Below are positions 18,514 through 29,451 of a DNA stretch of 64,000 nt, piece after piece. Both the position numbers and the translations under genes were made by a program. Position 1 is the stretch's first letter; each line of letters starts with the position of its first letter. The stretch covers positions 419,324-483,323 of the forward strand of contig JACPHO010000001.1 of NCBI GenBank assembly GCA_016188545.1. Direction: 5' to 3'. This DNA comes from Candidatus Shapirobacteria bacterium. GTDB taxonomy: Bacteria > Patescibacteriota > Microgenomatia > UBA12405. The notes beneath the pieces were generated by a model. It had not been told where the DNA came from. It saw only the letters and a program-made list of their open reading frames with translations, and made no database searches.

Positions 18514-19966
18514 ACTAATACCTGAACTGGGGATAGTTCTATTAATCTCCACTCTCTATTTATTCACACGGGTTCAGTCTCTAACCATTTTACCTGTTTT
18601 TGGCGACGAAGCCATCTATCTTCGCTGGTCACAAATTATCAAAAGCGTCGATACCTTACGTTTTGTTCCCGTAACTGACGGCAAACAACCACTTTTCATG
18701 TGGATCACCGTGGCTTTCTTTAAAATATTTTCTGACCCGTTATTCTCAGGACGCTTATTATCTGTTTTTTCCGGACTATTAAACTTACTCAGTCTTTATT
18801 TTATTGGCCGGTTTTTTATATCTCGAAAAGTAGCCATTATCTCTTCGATTGTTTACCTCATATTACCTTTTACATTTTTTTTCGACAGACTTTCTCTTCC
18901 CGACAGCCTTTTGTCGGCCCTGGGTTCACTGTCCTTATTATTTAGTATTTTACTAGCCAAGTATCCTCGGCTTGATCTAGCCATGATCTTAGGAATAATT
19001 CTTGGTTTATCTTGGCTGACTAAGTCACCGGCGATATATTTTATAACTTTGTCAGCCTTCACTTTTATTCTCTACAATCCTAAAAACATTAAAAAAATCT
19101 ACCTACCAGCTGTTTCAGTCGTGTTCTCATTTGTAATCTACAACATTCTCCGACTTGGTCCTCAGTTTTCGCAGATTAATATTAGAAACCGTGACTATGT
19201 TTGGGGAATTTCTGATATAATCTCGCACCCACTCGATCCTTTTATTCCCCACCTTCGAGACTTATTTGTTTTGTATTCACAATATATTTCTATTCCTTTA
19301 TTAATTGTTTCACTACTGGGAATTTTAATTTATCGCCAAAAACTAAATCACAAAATATTTTTCATTCTTTTATCCTGGTGGGTTCTCCCACTTGTAGCCA
19401 ACATGATGTTTGCCAAAGTTTTCACTGGTAGGTACATTCTTTTCACCGTTCCACCTCTAATCATTCTCATGTCCATCGGACTAAGTCAGTTTAAATTGTC
19501 ACTAAAATATACACTCGTCGTTCTTACAGTACTATGTACTCCCGGACTTATGTTTATTTGGAACATGTCAACCAACCCATTCATAGTCAAGCTCTATAGC
19601 ACTGAAAGTGGTTATGTCTCAAGCTGGACATCGGGCTGGGGGATTCAGGAAGCTTCCACTTATCTTATTAGTCGTTCACACAGTGCCAACGTCATTGTTG
19701 GTACCGAAGGCTATTTTGGCACTCTCCCCGACGGACTTCAAATCTACACAAACCAAATACCTCAGCTTACTGTCTTCGGTGTGGGACTAGATCTAACTTC
19801 AGTTCCTGAAAAACTTATTGATGCTCGTAATCACGGAGACGAAGTCTATATGTTATTTAACCGTTCCCGACTAAAACTCACCCCAAGTGATTCATCTCTG
19901 CTCACAAAAGTATCCTCCTATTCCAAGCCGGATGGAGATGAACTACTATTATTAAAGCTAAACTAA
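18503..19966 (+). CDS. GT-C (ArnT/PMT-like) membrane glycosyltransferase
   Basis: PVFGDEAIYLRW, DGKQPLF, FDRLSLPD, LTKS, RY. Confidence 0.82.
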   Translation: MKNKLIPELGIVLLISTLYLFTRVQSLTILPVFGDEAIYLRWSQIIKSVDTLRFVPVTDGKQPLFMWITVAFFKIFSDPLFSGRLLSVFSGLLNLLSLYFIGRFFISRKVAIISSIVYLILPFTFFFDRLSLPDSLLSALGSLSLLFSILLAKYPRLDLAMILGIILGLSWLTKSPAIYFITLSAFTFILYNPKNIKKIYLPAVSVVFSFVIYNILRLGPQFSQINIRNRDYVWGISDIISHPLDPFIPHLRDLFVLYSQYISIPLLIVSLLGILIYRQKLNHKIFFILLSWWVLPLVANMMFAKVFTGRYILFTVPPLIILMSIGLSQFKLSLKYTLVVLTVLCTPGLMFIWNMSTNPFIVKLYSTESGYVSSWTSGWGIQEASTYLISRSHSANVIVGTEGYFGTLPDGLQIYTNQIPQLTVFGVGLDLTSVPEKLIDARNHGDEVYMLFNRSRLKLTPSDSSLLTKVSSYSKPDGDELLLLKLN

Positions 19967-19967
19967 T

Positions 19968-21659
19968 ATGTTCACCCGCCTCAAGCCACTAATAATCCTG
20001 CTAGTTCTAATAATCCCCAGTATATCTTTCTTTTTTAAACCAGGCGTTTATTGGAACATGCACGATGATATGCAGCTTATTCGACAGTTAGAAATGGAAA
20101 AATGCATCCTCGACGGACAAATTCCTTGTCGTTGGACACCTGACCTTGGCTACGGTTACGGATACCCCTTGTTCAACTTCTACCCACCACTCCCATATTT
20201 TGTTGGTGAGGTGTTTCGAGTATTAGGTTTTTCATTTATATCCACTATCAAACTAACCGCCGCTCTCCAATTCATTGTCGCCGCCTTAGGAATGTATTTA
20301 CTTGTCACTTCTATTTTTGGACCCATCTCCGGACTCGTAGCTTCGCTTCTATACAATTACGCACCGTATCACTCTGTAAACGTTTATATAAGAGGAGCAA
20401 TGAACGAAGCCTGGGCAGCAACATTTTTCCCTTTTATCTTCTACTTTGGACGCCTTGCAATCATCAAAAAAAATCTTTTCTCCCACCTTCTCCTAACCCT
20501 TTCCTATAGTCTATTACTCCTATCTCACAACCCTATGGCGCTTACATTCAGTCCGTTTTTGGGTATCTGGCTACTTTACTGGCTTATCAGCAGTTATGGC
20601 TTTACCAAAGAAACTTTTCTTAGGACTTTTACACTCGGCATATCACTTATTTTTTCAGTTTTAATTTCCGGATTCTTCACCTTCCCAGTCCTATTTGAAT
20701 CTAAAATGGTGCAAATAGAATCCATGTTTCAAAACTACTACCACTTCTCAGTCCATTTTGTCTCTTTTTATCAATTATTTATTAGCAATTTTTGGGGCGA
20801 TGGGCCATCGGTTTGGGGGACTACCGATGGAATGTCATTTTCAGTTGGGTACCTCCATTGGGGTATTGCTCTAATTTCCTTACTTCTAGTATTTTTTAAT
20901 TATCTAAAAACTCGTCGCATCACCTGGCTACCAATCATATTATTTATCGCCTCCTTTTTTAGCATATTCTTAGTCCATGAGCGATCCACACCTATTTGGA
21001 GCGTTATAGGTATCATCCAAAAAGTCCAGTTCCCATGGCGTTTTCTAAACATCTCAGCATTTCTACTGTCCCTACTTGCCGGCACTGTCATTTCACTACT
21101 CCCTCAAAAACCACACATTCGACTTTTTAGTTTATTCACCATCACTCTGCTCATATTTGCTTTATATCAGCCATTATTTACACCTGTCACTTCCGGGCCT
21201 ATAAACGATGACCAGAAATTCGCAGGTAAAGCCTGGGTAAATCAAGTTACCGGAGGTATCTACGATTATCTACCCAAAACTGCTCTTACAGCAGCTAAAG
21301 CACCAGCAAAAGAATATGTTGATGAAATCAACCTCCTTCCAGATGAATATACGTTATCTGGTCAAAAGAAAGGTACTGACTGGATGTTTTTTAATACTAG
21401 CCTAAAAAAACCAGCTAAAGTTACCTTACCTGTTCTTTACTTTCCAAACTTTGTTTTACTCGTTGACAACATCACTACAAGCATCAGCCCTGAATCATCC
21501 CTCGGAAGAATTACTTTTGAATTAACTCCCGGAGATCATCAAGTATATCTAAAACTTCATGACACTCCTGTTAGAACTACCTCTAATATTTTATCCTTAT
21601 TTTCCATACTTCTTTTTTCAAGTCTACTGTTCACCACCCTATGGAAATCCAAGAAGTAG
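19968..21659 (+). CDS. PTPS-related/YfhO-like GT-C membrane protein
   Basis: HDDMQ, GQIPCRW..DLGYGYGYPLFNFYPPL, RGAMNE, QFPWRFL, C-terminal beta domain. Confidence 0.8.
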   Translation: MFTRLKPLIILLVLIIPSISFFFKPGVYWNMHDDMQLIRQLEMEKCILDGQIPCRWTPDLGYGYGYPLFNFYPPLPYFVGEVFRVLGFSFISTIKLTAALQFIVAALGMYLLVTSIFGPISGLVASLLYNYAPYHSVNVYIRGAMNEAWAATFFPFIFYFGRLAIIKKNLFSHLLLTLSYSLLLLSHNPMALTFSPFLGIWLLYWLISSYGFTKETFLRTFTLGISLIFSVLISGFFTFPVLFESKMVQIESMFQNYYHFSVHFVSFYQLFISNFWGDGPSVWGTTDGMSFSVGYLHWGIALISLLLVFFNYLKTRRITWLPIILFIASFFSIFLVHERSTPIWSVIGIIQKVQFPWRFLNISAFLLSLLAGTVISLLPQKPHIRLFSLFTITLLIFALYQPLFTPVTSGPINDDQKFAGKAWVNQVTGGIYDYLPKTALTAAKAPAKEYVDEINLLPDEYTLSGQKKGTDWMFFNTSLKKPAKVTLPVLYFPNFVLLVDNITTSISPESSLGRITFELTPGDHQVYLKLHDTPVRTTSNILSLFSILLFSSLLFTTLWKSKK

Positions 21660-23098
21660 AAAATATAAAAATCAAGACGACCATCAGTATCATTTTTTTA
21701 ACTATAAGGAACTTTGGGATCCAGGCAGTTTCCATGCTTGGTTTTTTTATTCTCACCATTCTACTCGGAACTGGAGAAATTGGGTTATTTGCCATAGTCG
21801 CCGAATCAGTTAGTATTCTTGGATATTTTTCCGATGTTGGTTTAGCACCTACTCTAATCCAACAAAAACACCTACCCACCATAAAGCAACTTCGCACCTC
21901 CTTTTTCATCCAGCAGGTCTTGGTCATAATAGCCTTAATAGTTGTTGCGATCATCTACCCTAAAATAAGTCTTTCGCGTTCCTACGGATCAAAAGAAATG
22001 TGGATCACCATATCACTCTGTTTTTCTTTTTTAGCCGCTTCGCTTAAGACAGTCCCCTCAATTCTTCTAGAAAGGGAATTAAACTTTAAATTACTATCAA
22101 CCATCGACATAATTGAAAATCTTGTTTTCTATATTGTCGCAGTCACCTTTGCCTTTATGGGGTTTGGAGGCTATTCATACGCAATAGCAACTTTTTGTCG
22201 GAGTATCTTAGGTTTGATAATTATTTATTACCGTGCCCCTTGGAGTATTGGCATTTATTTTTCTCTCGATACAGCCAAAGAATTATTTAAGTACGGCATA
22301 CCTTTCCAGCTGAACTCCTTTATTGCCATGGCCAAAGACAGGCTTTCAAACCTACTTGTAGCTGGCATTATTGGTCGTGATTCTTTTGGCCTACTAGCCT
22401 GGTCTCAAAAAGGTCCCCGAATTCCTCTTAACTTTATGGATGCTATTATGAAAGTTACCTTCCCCACCTTTGCTAGAATTCAAGACGAGCCAGAACTTCT
22501 TAAAAAATCCCTGTCTCGAAGTATATTCTTTATTGCAGTAGTTGTATTCCCCGCTCTGGCAGGCATATCGGTAATTGCCCCCGATCTAATTAGCATAATT
22601 CCCAAGTATTCCAAATGGGCACCAGCAATTCTTCCTATGTACTTATTTGCCATCAATGCGGCAATTGCGGCCGTTACTACTCCACTTACCAATGCCTTCA
22701 ACGCGGTAGGTAAAATAACAATTACCACTCGACTGATGATAATGTGGACAGTTTTGACTTGGATATTTTTCCCAATTCTTAGTAAACAGTATGGATATAT
22801 TGGTACTGCCACAGCCAACCTAATTGTTGGGTTGAGTTCTTTTATCGTCTGGCTTATCGCCAGAGATATATTTGGTATAAATGTCCTCAAAACAATTATT
22901 CACCCCCTAATTGCCACTCTCCTGATAGTTATCTCGGCGCTAGCTATAGATATGTTAGAAGTTTCTCACTTGAATAGTATATTTATAAAAATATTCATCG
23001 GGACATTTATTTACATCAGCTACCAATATCGATTTACATTTAACGAGATCACTTGGTTTTATAAACAGCTAAAATGGCTAAAAGTCAAAAAATCATAA
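21641..23098 (+). CDS. Wzx/MOP-family oligosaccharide flippase
   Basis: About 12-14 TMs; DVGLAPTLIQ, LERELNF, FPTFARIQ (WzxC-like). Confidence 0.88.
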   Translation: MEIQEVENIKIKTTISIIFLTIRNFGIQAVSMLGFFILTILLGTGEIGLFAIVAESVSILGYFSDVGLAPTLIQQKHLPTIKQLRTSFFIQQVLVIIALIVVAIIYPKISLSRSYGSKEMWITISLCFSFLAASLKTVPSILLERELNFKLLSTIDIIENLVFYIVAVTFAFMGFGGYSYAIATFCRSILGLIIIYYRAPWSIGIYFSLDTAKELFKYGIPFQLNSFIAMAKDRLSNLLVAGIIGRDSFGLLAWSQKGPRIPLNFMDAIMKVTFPTFARIQDEPELLKKSLSRSIFFIAVVVFPALAGISVIAPDLISIIPKYSKWAPAILPMYLFAINAAIAAVTTPLTNAFNAVGKITITTRLMIMWTVLTWIFFPILSKQYGYIGTATANLIVGLSSFIVWLIARDIFGINVLKTIIHPLIATLLIVISALAIDMLEVSHLNSIFIKIFIGTFIYISYQYRFTFNEITWFYKQLKWLKVKKS

Positions 23099-24759
23099 CT
23101 ATTGTACTATTTATTATCTGCGTTATTATCCAGATAATTCCTCTAATTAAAAGTGGACTAACCTACAGTTATGGTATTGGATATTGGGGAGCCATGGGAC
23201 ATGATGGAGTTTGGCACCAAAGTCTAAGCTCACAAATAACTAATCCATTAAACCTTACCTTACCTATGTACCATTCCACTCCTCTTCAGGGATACCATCC
23301 TTTTTATAACATTTTAGTAAACACACTCCATCGCCTTACGTTTCTGCCTATAAGTCTTATAATATTTCAGGTTATTCCAATATTAACTGCAATTACCTTT
23401 TGTATATTAAGCTATAAAATTGGCGTCCTTTTGACTAAAGAAAAACTTGGTGGATATACGTTACTGATACTTAACACCACTGCCAATTCTTTTGGCTGGA
23501 TAGTCTCTGTCCTGAGAAATGGGACTCTTTCTGGAGAAAGTATGTTTTGGGCTATGCAAGCTCCATCCAATCAAATTAACCCACCATATCAACTTTCTCT
23601 AGTCTTAATACTAGCTCTTATCTACATTCTTCTCCGGGCTCTAAAACTGAAAAGACTAACCCTTCCTTCGTCCCTGACGATAGTTCTAATACTGGTCCTC
23701 CTGCCTATTACTAAAGTTTATTCAGCACCTCTCGGATTTGGACTGTTTTTCTTCTACGCCTTTTATAACATTTACCTATTTAAAAATTTCCGACCTCTAG
23801 TCATCCTGATAGTTTCTTTAATTTTTTCAGCGGCACTTTTCTTTAACTACAACCGAACCAGTTTATCTCTACTAGAGTTTCATCCTTTCTGGTTTATCAA
23901 CAGTATGATTGAGTCACCAGATAGACTATACATTCCTCGTCTGGCAAATATGCGCTATACATTAGAGTCATCTGGAAATATCGGACCCAGATTTCTTGCA
24001 CTCCAATCTCTCACTTTTATTATATTTATCATCGGCAATTTCGGCTGGCGTGTCTTAGGGTTTATTCCCCAAAAGAAGACGAGATACCTTAATTGGGTAC
24101 TTAATATTCTCATTCTACTTACCATCCTAATTCCTACATTTTTTATCCAAAAGGGGACTAGTTGGAACACCATTCAATTTATGTATTATGGTCTTTTTCT
24201 AGGTAACATCGGCCTAACTATATTTATACTTTCTCAAAAGAAACCGATTCGCCATACCCTACTTATAGGCATCATCATTTCATCAGCCCTACCATTAATT
24301 GGTTCTCTCCCTCAATATTTGGGTTCTCTGCCACCATCAGCTCTACCAGCTAACGAAGTAAACGCCCTTACATTTTTGTCATCACAGCCAAAAGGTATAG
24401 TTCTAACAGTCCCCTTCGATTCTTTTCAAAAATATAATTTCGATACTACTCCTATACCACTCTATGCTTATGAAACCACCAGCTATGTCTCAGCCTATTC
24501 AAAACATCCAACATTTCTAGAGGATGAAATGAACTTAGGCAATTCCGGAATTGTATATAAACCGTTGTTAGATGCCTCAACTAAATTTTTTGAACAAAAA
24601 AATGTCTTTCAAGATAGGGGATTCCTAGTAAATAATCAAATAGACTATATCTATCTCACCGGCTTGCAAGTAGCTAAATTCCCCTTAAATAGTCAAGAAC
24701 TTTCGATCAAGGAGATCTATCATCAAGGCGATACACTTATCTACAGAGTCCTTAGATGA
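23074..24759 (+). CDS. Polytopic GT-C-like membrane protein
   Basis: GHDGVWH in the first loop, YHPFY, many TMs, soluble C-terminal domain ending IDYIY...IYRV. Confidence 0.7.
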   Translation: MAKSQKIITIVLFIICVIIQIIPLIKSGLTYSYGIGYWGAMGHDGVWHQSLSSQITNPLNLTLPMYHSTPLQGYHPFYNILVNTLHRLTFLPISLIIFQVIPILTAITFCILSYKIGVLLTKEKLGGYTLLILNTTANSFGWIVSVLRNGTLSGESMFWAMQAPSNQINPPYQLSLVLILALIYILLRALKLKRLTLPSSLTIVLILVLLPITKVYSAPLGFGLFFFYAFYNIYLFKNFRPLVILIVSLIFSAALFFNYNRTSLSLLEFHPFWFINSMIESPDRLYIPRLANMRYTLESSGNIGPRFLALQSLTFIIFIIGNFGWRVLGFIPQKKTRYLNWVLNILILLTILIPTFFIQKGTSWNTIQFMYYGLFLGNIGLTIFILSQKKPIRHTLLIGIIISSALPLIGSLPQYLGSLPPSALPANEVNALTFLSSQPKGIVLTVPFDSFQKYNFDTTPIPLYAYETTSYVSAYSKHPTFLEDEMNLGNSGIVYKPLLDASTKFFEQKNVFQDRGFLVNNQIDYIYLTGLQVAKFPLNSQELSIKEIYHQGDTLIYRVLR

Positions 24760-25712
24760 TAAAATATACACACCTTATGAAACAAAAACCGCTGATTAGC
24801 GCCGTAATAAATGTCCGAAACGAAGGAGAAAATCTTAAAAAATGTCTTAAAACACTAAAAGGGTTTGCCGATGAGGTTATCGTTACCAACATGCATTCCA
24901 CCGATAATAGTCGTGAAATAGCTGTAAACGCCGGAGCCAAGGTGTATGACTATAGATGGCTAAAGCACGTCGAACCTGCCCGTAATTACGGTCTTAGCAA
25001 AGCCTCCGGTAAGTGGATAGTACTTCTCGACCCAGATGAATATCTAAATAAAACGCTCAAAGCTGAACTGCTCAAGATTACCAAACGCTCCGATGTCGAC
25101 TGGGTCCGTATTCCCCGAAAAAACATTATATTCGACAAGTGGATTCGTCACTCGCGTTGTTGGCCTGACTATCTTATTCGTTTTTTCAAAAAAAATCATG
25201 TCACTTGGAAGAATGAAATTCATTCGCAACCTCATACTACAGGTAATGGCTTAACTATTCTCGACAGTGAAAAATTAGCTCTACGTCATATAAATTATTC
25301 CACCATTACTCAATACCTCAACCAAACTATCCGCTATAGCCATATCCAAGCAGACGAGCTCAAAGCTGCGGGTTATAAGCTAAAGATCTCCGACCTTATC
25401 CTCAAACCGATGCAGGAATTCAATAGTCGCTTTTATTTCGCTGAAGGATTCAAAGACGGTATGCACGGACTGGTTTTTTGTCTACTTCAAAGCTTTGCTA
25501 TCGGGTTCATTTACATTCGACTTTGGGAAAAGTACGGTTTTACTGACAAAGTATTATCAAAAGAGTCTTTTGTCTCAGCTACCCAGGAAGGACTTTTTGA
25601 ACATAGTTTCTGGTTTACTAAGTTTTATTTTCAGGAATACTCTCACAATCCCGTCACCAATTTAATTATTCGCATTCGACACTTTTTTTGTCGGCTTACC
25701 AAAAATCTATAA
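24756..25712 (+). CDS. GT2 glycosyltransferase (WaaE/KdtX-like)
   Basis: ARNYG, LDPDE, PRKN, WPDY..RFF, IHSQP. Start may instead be ATG 24777. Confidence 0.88.
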   Translation: MIKYTHLMKQKPLISAVINVRNEGENLKKCLKTLKGFADEVIVTNMHSTDNSREIAVNAGAKVYDYRWLKHVEPARNYGLSKASGKWIVLLDPDEYLNKTLKAELLKITKRSDVDWVRIPRKNIIFDKWIRHSRCWPDYLIRFFKKNHVTWKNEIHSQPHTTGNGLTILDSEKLALRHINYSTITQYLNQTIRYSHIQADELKAAGYKLKISDLILKPMQEFNSRFYFAEGFKDGMHGLVFCLLQSFAIGFIYIRLWEKYGFTDKVLSKESFVSATQEGLFEHSFWFTKFYFQEYSHNPVTNLIIRIRHFFCRLTKNL

Positions 25713-26632
25713 TGGATTACATCAGCATAATTGTCTTAAACTGGAGAACACCTGTCCTAACCATAGATACTGTTTACTCACTACTCAAGATTGAACATAC
25801 GGACTTCAAATACAAAATATTTATTATCGATAATGGCTCAGGTGACGGATCTGTCGATCAATTCAAAAAAGAGTTTTCCAATAACCGGTTAGTTTCCATT
25901 CACGACACCGGATCTAACCTTGGTTATGTCGATGGTAACAATTATGGAATTAATATTGCCATTAAAGAAAAACCTAACTATATACTTGTTATAAATAGCG
26001 ATGTTATCGCCAAAAAAGACTTTCTTTCAGTGCTTCACAGCTTCCTGGTAAAAAACAAAAATTATGGTATGGTTGGACCAAAAATTTACTTCGCACCTGG
26101 TTATGAGTTTCATAAAGAACGATACACCGAAAAGGAAAAAGGCAAAGTATTCTGGAGTGTCGGTGGCAAGATTGATTGGCAAAATGTTTATGGCTCAAAC
26201 CTAGGAATTGACGAGGTCGACCACGGACAGTACGACTCCAACAATCCTTCCATAGACTATCTAAGTGGCTGCTGTCTTCTGATCAGAACCTCGGTCATCA
26301 AAGAAATCGGACCATTTGATAGTCGTTATTTTATGTATTCCGAAGATGCAGATTATTCTAGAAAAATTCTTAAACACGACCACAAGATAGCTTATATTTG
26401 GAAATCAGTTTTATGGCATGTAAACTCTGGTTCATCTGGTAGGGGACCTATTCATGACTATTTTCTGACACGCAACCGACTCCTTTTTGGATTTCGCTAC
26501 TGTTCATTTCGTACCAAGTTTGCCCTTTTCCGAGATTCAATTAAAATCATCCTGTCTTCACCATATCCATGGCAGCGGATTGGAGTTCGTGACTTTTATA
26601 TCAATCGACTCAACAAGGGAAGTTGGAAATGA
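25712..26632 (+). CDS. GT2 glycosyltransferase (WbbL/rhamnosyltransferase-like)
   Basis: LNW, IDNGSGD, NLGY..GNN.G, INSD, SGCCLL, YSEDAD, RNRL. Confidence 0.88.
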   Translation: MDYISIIVLNWRTPVLTIDTVYSLLKIEHTDFKYKIFIIDNGSGDGSVDQFKKEFSNNRLVSIHDTGSNLGYVDGNNYGINIAIKEKPNYILVINSDVIAKKDFLSVLHSFLVKNKNYGMVGPKIYFAPGYEFHKERYTEKEKGKVFWSVGGKIDWQNVYGSNLGIDEVDHGQYDSNNPSIDYLSGCCLLIRTSVIKEIGPFDSRYFMYSEDADYSRKILKHDHKIAYIWKSVLWHVNSGSSGRGPIHDYFLTRNRLLFGFRYCSFRTKFALFRDSIKIILSSPYPWQRIGVRDFYINRLNKGSWK

Positions 26633-27408
26633 AACAGGACTTATCAATAGTCATCATCTCAGGCAACGCCCAAAATAATATTAAAAGATGTCTCGAATCC
26701 TGTACATTTGCCAAAGAAATCATTTTAGTCGCCGCCAATTCTACCGACAACACGGTAAAAATAGCCAAATCAGTTGTTCCAAATGTAAAAATTACCCATT
26801 CTACAGATGGTTACAATCGCAACTTTAGTAAGTGGAGAAATTTGGGATGGAAAATGACTACCAAAAGGTGGATCCTTTATGTAGATACTGATGAGGTCAT
26901 AACCTCAGAACTCCAAGAAGAAATCATCAAGACTATAAATTCAAATAACCAACCCCATTCATACTATGTAATTCCTCGAAAAAACCATTTTTTGGGACAT
27001 CCTGTTAGTCACGGTGGAACATATCCCGATTACGTCAAGCGACTTTTCCACTCTCCCGACTTTCAAGGCTTCAAAGGAATTCTCCACGAAGAACCGGTCG
27101 TCACTGGTAGTTTTGGCTACTTCACGTCAGCATTTCTTCATTTCACACACCAAGACCTCAATTCTATGCTTAAAAAAAGCATTGTCTGGACAGACATGGA
27201 GGCACAAGCACTCTATCACGACAACCACCCACCAGTAGTCTGGTGGCGTTTCCCCCGGATGATGCTTACTAAGTTTTGGGAAAGACTTATTATCCAAAAC
27301 ATGTGGCGTGATGGTATAGTAGGATGGACATCAGTAATTTTTGAAATTTTTGATACATATATGATATATGCCAGATTATTCGAACTACAAAGGAATAACC
27401 ATGCTTAA
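26629..27408 (+). CDS. GT2 glycosyltransferase (WaaE/KdtX-like)
   Basis: FSKWRN, VDTDE, PRKN, YPDY..RLF, LHEEP. Confidence 0.87.
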   Translation: MKQDLSIVIISGNAQNNIKRCLESCTFAKEIILVAANSTDNTVKIAKSVVPNVKITHSTDGYNRNFSKWRNLGWKMTTKRWILYVDTDEVITSELQEEIIKTINSNNQPHSYYVIPRKNHFLGHPVSHGGTYPDYVKRLFHSPDFQGFKGILHEEPVVTGSFGYFTSAFLHFTHQDLNSMLKKSIVWTDMEAQALYHDNHPPVVWWRFPRMMLTKFWERLIIQNMWRDGIVGWTSVIFEIFDTYMIYARLFELQRNNHA

Positions 27409-28579
27409 AGCAGGTATCTATGACCCCTATTTAGATACTTTAGGAGGCGGTGAGCGCTATTGTCTAAGTGTCGTCGAAGTACTTCTAAAAAACAATTACA
27501 ACGTTGATATATTTTGGTCAGGCGACCAGGAAATTCTCCCAAAAGCCGAGAGGCGTTTCGGACTAGAGCTTTCCGGGGCGAACCTTGTTCCTGACATATT
27601 TCAAGAACATCCTCATCAAATAGAGAGTGTCGAAAACCAAGAAATCCTAAGTAGTATTGCCAGTCGTCGTTTTACTACTGACGACAGGATTACAAAAATA
27701 AAGAAAATTGTAAACAAAATAAAAATCACTCAACAATATGATGTTTTCTTCTATATAAGCGATTGGAGTATTCCCTTTCTTTTTTCCCGCAACAATCTAC
27801 TCCACATTCAACTTCCACTTGCCAAATCCATTCCTCTTCCCCAAAAAATAATCAACAAAATTAAACTATACAACTACAATAAAATTCTCTGCAACTCAGA
27901 ATTCACTATGAATGTCGCAGCACCTCGACTCGGATCAAAATGTACAGTCCTCTACCCACCTGTCGACACAAAACAGTTTAATCCCAATGGAACAAAGGAG
28001 AATATCATCCTTTCTGTGGGACGTTTTGACACACTCTTCAACTCGAAAAGACAAGAAGTCTTGATTGAGGCATTTAAAAAAATGTATGATCAAAAAAACA
28101 TTTTAGGCTGGAAACTAGTTTTAGCCGGCGGTGTTCTAAATCACATGGAAGAAAATAGTTTTCTAATCCGGTTAAAAGAAATGGGCAGCGGCTATCCAAT
28201 CGAGTTTCAAATAAATCCAGATTTTACTATTCTTAAAAGTATCTACGAGTCATCCAAAATCTATTGGCACGCTACTGGCTACAACGTTGACCAAGAATTA
28301 CATCCAGAAAATACTGAACATTTTGGTATTGCTCCAGTCGAAGCTATGGCCTCTGGTGCTGTTCCAATCTTAGTCGATAAAGGGGGACTTGGGGAAATTG
28401 TTACTGACGGTATCTCAGGATACCTCTGGAATACAACTGAAGAGCTTGTGGCAAAAACTCAATTACTAATAGGTTCCCCACAAACCATGTTGCAGATATC
28501 TCAAAAATCAATCGAGATAGCCTCGAAATACTCAAAAGAATCATTTGAAACTAACTTTAAAAGTATCTTAAACATATGA
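27401..28579 (+). CDS. GT4 glycosyltransferase
   Basis: GGGERY, NSEFT, YPPVD, VGRF, EX7E motif EHFGIAPVE. Confidence 0.9.
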   Translation: MLKAGIYDPYLDTLGGGERYCLSVVEVLLKNNYNVDIFWSGDQEILPKAERRFGLELSGANLVPDIFQEHPHQIESVENQEILSSIASRRFTTDDRITKIKKIVNKIKITQQYDVFFYISDWSIPFLFSRNNLLHIQLPLAKSIPLPQKIINKIKLYNYNKILCNSEFTMNVAAPRLGSKCTVLYPPVDTKQFNPNGTKENIILSVGRFDTLFNSKRQEVLIEAFKKMYDQKNILGWKLVLAGGVLNHMEENSFLIRLKEMGSGYPIEFQINPDFTILKSIYESSKIYWHATGYNVDQELHPENTEHFGIAPVEAMASGAVPILVDKGGLGEIVTDGISGYLWNTTEELVAKTQLLIGSPQTMLQISQKSIEIASKYSKESFETNFKSILNI

Positions 28580-29451
28580 AAAAAATTTCAGTCATAGTCA
28601 CCAATTGGAACACCATCAATTTACTTCAGATGTACTTTATTCATGTTGTCGAAAACTCACCAGAGGCTGATGAAATTATATTTGCAGACGACGCCTCACT
28701 AGACGAAAGTGTCGCCTACATACACACCCTTCAAAAAAAAAACCCAAAAATACGCATTATCACCCACAAGGATAATGTCGGGTTTGGCAAAAACTCAAAC
28801 AATGCTGTAAAAGCAGCCAAAGGTGAATACGTTGTCCTTTTAAACAGCGATATTCTTCCACATAAAGGCTATATCACTTCCGCCTATAAACATATGAGTG
28901 ATCCAAAAGTTTTTGGAGTCGGATTTTGTGAGCTTGGTAACGAAAACTGGTCTCGTATATTTTGGAAAGATGGCTATCTCCAATACAATCGCGGCCAGCC
29001 AGTCAACAAATTACATATCAGCGGCTGGATCTCCGGTGGAGGTGCCATTATAGACAAGGAAAAATTCTTAAAACTAGGCGGCTTTGATAATGTCTATGCA
29101 CCCTTCTATTCTGAGGATGTTGACCTAGGTTACCGCGCCTGGAAATCAGGATACACCCTCCTGTGGGATCCTCAAAGTATTATCGAACATAAGCACAAAT
29201 CAACTATGTCCAAGTTTCCCAAGCGCCATCTAGACTATGTCAAAGAACGTAACCGACTTCTAACTGTTTGGCGCAACATAACTGACCCAAAACTCCTCAG
29301 AGAAAATAATATTACCCAATTTTTCCGAGTAGCCTTTGGACCAAACTACATTAAGATAATCATGGCTGCTAAACGTCAAATAAAATCCAATCCGCCTCCA
29401 ATTGTTTTTCCCGTCAGAACGGACCAGGAAATTTTTGACATGTTCAAATGA
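28576..29451 (+). CDS. GT2 glycosyltransferase
   Basis: TNWN, DDAS, NVGFG, LLNSD, EDVDLGYRAW. Confidence 0.88.
   Translation: MKKISVIVTNWNTINLLQMYFIHVVENSPEADEIIFADDASLDESVAYIHTLQKKNPKIRIITHKDNVGFGKNSNNAVKAAKGEYVVLLNSDILPHKGYITSAYKHMSDPKVFGVGFCELGNENWSRIFWKDGYLQYNRGQPVNKLHISGWISGGGAIIDKEKFLKLGGFDNVYAPFYSEDVDLGYRAWKSGYTLLWDPQSIIEHKHKSTMSKFPKRHLDYVKERNRLLTVWRNITDPKLLRENNITQFFRVAFGPNYIKIIMAAKRQIKSNPPPIVFPVRTDQEIFDMFK

Noticed and set aside
19968-21659. Literal 6-pyruvoyl-tetrahydropterin synthase function for the PTPS-related proteins (also 41777)
   Set aside because: They are polytopic membrane proteins with GT-C/YfhO-like features; the family name does not reflect pterin chemistry.
28733-28742. 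A10 run in a GT2 (also T9 at 41192-41200) as phase-variation tracts
   Set aside because: A/T runs of this length are unremarkable in an AT-rich genome and both frames are intact; no evidence without reads.
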